Shown: positions 35,064 to 37,801 of the stretch, piece after piece
Numbering within the stretch: the first letter of the stretch is position 1
Layout: each line of letters starts with the position of its first letter
From: Octopus bimaculoides
Lineage: Eukaryota
DNA: 37,801 nucleotides
Assembly (NCBI RefSeq): GCF_001194135.2
Contig: NC_068985.1
Coordinates: 31,055,091 to 31,092,891, forward strand
Direction of reading: 5' to 3'
Translations under genes and position numbers: made by a program
Notes under the pieces: model-generated
The model's input: only the letters and a program-made list of their open reading frames with translations
The model's database searches: none
Told to the model about the DNA's origin: nothing

Positions 35064-35522
35064 GGGTGCTACTTTGGCGTGTGATCTACAAGGGAGATTA
35101 CTTTAGGTTACTTTAAATTATGTTGTACATACTTAGCATTGTAAATGTATTTTTTCAAAATTCTTACGATTTTAATAAGAAAACTATATAATAATTAAAA
35201 TAAACGCGTAGATCACCCACCAAAGTAAATTTTCTCGTATAGATCACACGGAGAGTAGCACTAATACAAAGTAAAATAAAAAGTAACCAAAAGTAATCTC
35301 CTTTTAATTGTAGATCACACGCTAAAGTGGAACCTTTCTTTTTCTTAAGAAATGATGTGAATTTAGTACTGGTCTCTTGTAAAAATGCAACTGCCTTCGT
35401 CTCGTCGCTGATCACATTGTAAAAATTTTTACCCAACATCTTACGGGTTTTAGAAATTGAAAATAAACTTAAAAGTAACCTAAAGTAATCTCTCTTGTAG
35501 ATCACACGCCAAAATAACACCT
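35064..35522. mobile_element. MITE with ~55-bp TIRs, inserted in (TATG)n
   Basis: Left GGTGCTACTTTGGCGTGTGATCTACAAGGGAGATTACTTTAGGTTACTTT versus right reverse complement GGTGTTATTTTGGCGTGTGATCTACAAGAGAGATTACTTTAGGTTACTTT. Confidence 0.85.
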
Positions 35523-35698
35523 ATGTATGTATGCATGTATGTATGTATGTATGTATGTGCTAAGACATTCTCTTGCTACTCTGGAGTTTTGTCTGTGTGC
35601 TCAAGGTCATCAGACAAGCTATGACTTGCGACATTCCTAATTATGCAGACAAAATTTCAAATTAGGAAGAGACAGAGATTGACACAGCTAAAATGAAA

Positions 35699-35741
<43 letters not shown>

Positions 35742-36106
35742 TACATACATACATACATACATACGTATGTTTACACACGCGTTCAAACATATGCGCACAC
35801 AAATAGGCACAAATAAAGTCAGCGGAAAAGATTAATTTCCTGTGTCCTTGCTACATGTCGGAATGTCAGCCTAAACATATATCGTGCTAATGGTCGTTCA
35901 TGAGCGCTACTGGTAACATGTAACCCAGTTGAACCTGTCACATGGTCGGGTCGACGGTGATTAAACTGGCAATCCCAAGTTTGTTTGATGATGAGGGTGA
36001 TTGTTGGACACCCTGCGGAATGAAAAGTAAGACCCGTCGAAGGACATGGGAACTCATGAATAGTCAACGGCCATTCAACAATGTGTACATAAGTGTGTGT
36101 TGTTTA

Positions 36107-36163
<57 letters not shown>

Positions 36164-37009
36164 AAGCATATATATATTGTAAATTTTTAAACTTTTTATA
36201 TTCTATATTTATACTTTTATGTTAGTACTTATATACTCCTTTTATATTTTTTATTTTTTACTATTTATTTTTTATGCTTTTTATATTTTTATTTTTTTCA
36301 TATTTTATATTCCAATTATATTTTTATATTTCCATTTATACATTTATTCTTTTNNNNNNNNNNNNNNNNNNNNNNNNNNNNNNNNNNNNNNNNNNNNNNN
36401 NNNNNNNNNNNNNNNNNNNNNNNNNNNNNNNNNNNNNNNNNNNNNNNNNNNNNNNNNNNNNNNNNNNNNNNNNNNNNNNNNNNNNNNNNNNNNNNNNNNN
36501 NNNNNNNNNNNNNNNNNNNNNNNNNNNNNNNNNNNNNNNNNNNNNNNNNNNNNNNNNNNNNNNNNNNNNNNNNNNNNNNNNNNNNNNNNNNNNNNNNNNN
36601 NNNNNNNNNNNNNNNNNNNNNNNNNNNNNNNNNNNNNNNNNNNNNNNNNNNNNNNNNNNNNNNNNNNNNNNNNNNNNNNNNNNNNNNNNNNNNNNNNNNN
36701 NNNNNNNNNNNNNNNNNNNNNNNNNNNNNNNNNNNNNNNNNNNNNNNNNNNNNNNNNNNNNNNNNNNNNNNNNNNNNNNNNNNNNNNNNNNNNNNNNNNN
36801 NNNNNNNNNNNNNNNNNNNNNNNNNNNNNNNNNNNNNNNNNNNNNNNNNNNNNNNNNNNNNNNNNNNNNNNNNNNNNNNNNNNNNNNNNNNNNNNNNNNN
36901 NNNNNNNNNNNNNNNNNNNNNNNNNNNNNNNNNNNNNNNNNNNNNNNNNNNNNNNNNNNNNNNNNNNNNNNNNNNNNNNNNNNNNNNNNNNNNNNNNNNN
37001 NNNNNNNNN

Positions 37010-37043
<34 letters not shown>

Positions 37044-37084
37044 CGTGTATATATGTATATATACGTATATATATGTATATATGC

Positions 37085-37085
<1 letters not shown>

Positions 37086-37148
<63 letters not shown>
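37086..37148. repeat. (GATA)n tetranucleotide microsatellite
   Basis: Visible directly, next to (AT)n and a ~650-nt gap. Confidence 0.95.
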
Positions 37149-37801
37149 GCTCGTATATGTATAAATATATTTTTTTCCGAATTTGTATGAATTTGTGTGA
37201 CTATATCAGTTAAAGTTAAAACATGCTCTAATTTTCGCGTTCTTTAACAGAAATTTGATCTACTGCATTAAATGCCCGAAATGCAAGGAACTAAATATAG
37301 GTAAGATAGGGAATGCATTATCAGAGCACTCACCAGTCCACAGACAATAAATATATATANNNNNNNNNNACAAGGAAACCGAACGAAAACAAACATGGAG
37401 GATCGTTAGACCAGAACGAAGGTAAAATAGCGAACGCTGGAGAAATATTTTCTTGGACAAGAGAAAAGATAGAAGAGAGAGATAGGATAGGTCCAGTACT
37501 TAGGACAGTCCTGAAGGAAAAGAGAGATGATCACGTAAGGAAAATAAAGATGAATGATGGTCACGTGTGAGCAACGACAGAGAGAAAAGGAGAAAGAGGG
37601 AGAGAGAGAGAGAGGCAGATTGGAAACGGTGAAAGGGAGAAAAAGGGAATTAGAGAAAAGGATGAGAGAGAAAACGATGGGGGAGAAAACAGTATAGAAT
37701 AGAGTCGCATCAAAAAGATTGAGATAAACTTACTTGGAAATGGATGCGTGGCGTTCAATCAAATAATGATAAAAATAATAATAATAATAATTTTATATAT
37801 A

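Noticed and set aside
35942-36075. WTPCGMKSKTRRRTW, resembling an RTE-type LINE C-terminus
   Set aside because: Only one short motif, with no upstream RT support.

Overview
AT-rich, microsatellite-rich animal genomic DNA with scaffold gaps. The SINE and MITE families look cephalopod (octopus-like); that assignment is an inference from recognised repeat motifs, not a search result. No intact protein-coding gene can be established from sequence alone, and most ORF-track entries are gap, microsatellite or repeat artefacts. Main contents: (1) 1-5.1 kb, a ~2.1-2.4 kb cassette (R4/Dong-like RLE LINE 3' end, Penelope-like GIY-YIG 3' end, ~95%-identical foldback MITE) repeated up to three times across gaps; (2) an internally deleted DD37D (maT) transposon at 9.2-10.1 kb; (3) a 352-bp-period repeat at 13.1-13.6 kb carrying a minimal type I hammerhead ribozyme motif, retrozyme- or Penelope pLTR-like, which is the most interesting signal; (4) a 6-kb nest at 14.8-20.9 kb in which a Tc1 element is fused to a mariner that was itself split in frame by a Ty3/Gypsy LTR retrotransposon; (5) an apparent CpG-depletion step near 25.8 kb, just after a chain of frame-compatible candidate micro-exons; (6) several MITEs, a second Penelope-like relic and a possible decayed LRR/7TM receptor pseudogene at 28-35.5 kb. 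All translations, alignments and counts were done by eye.
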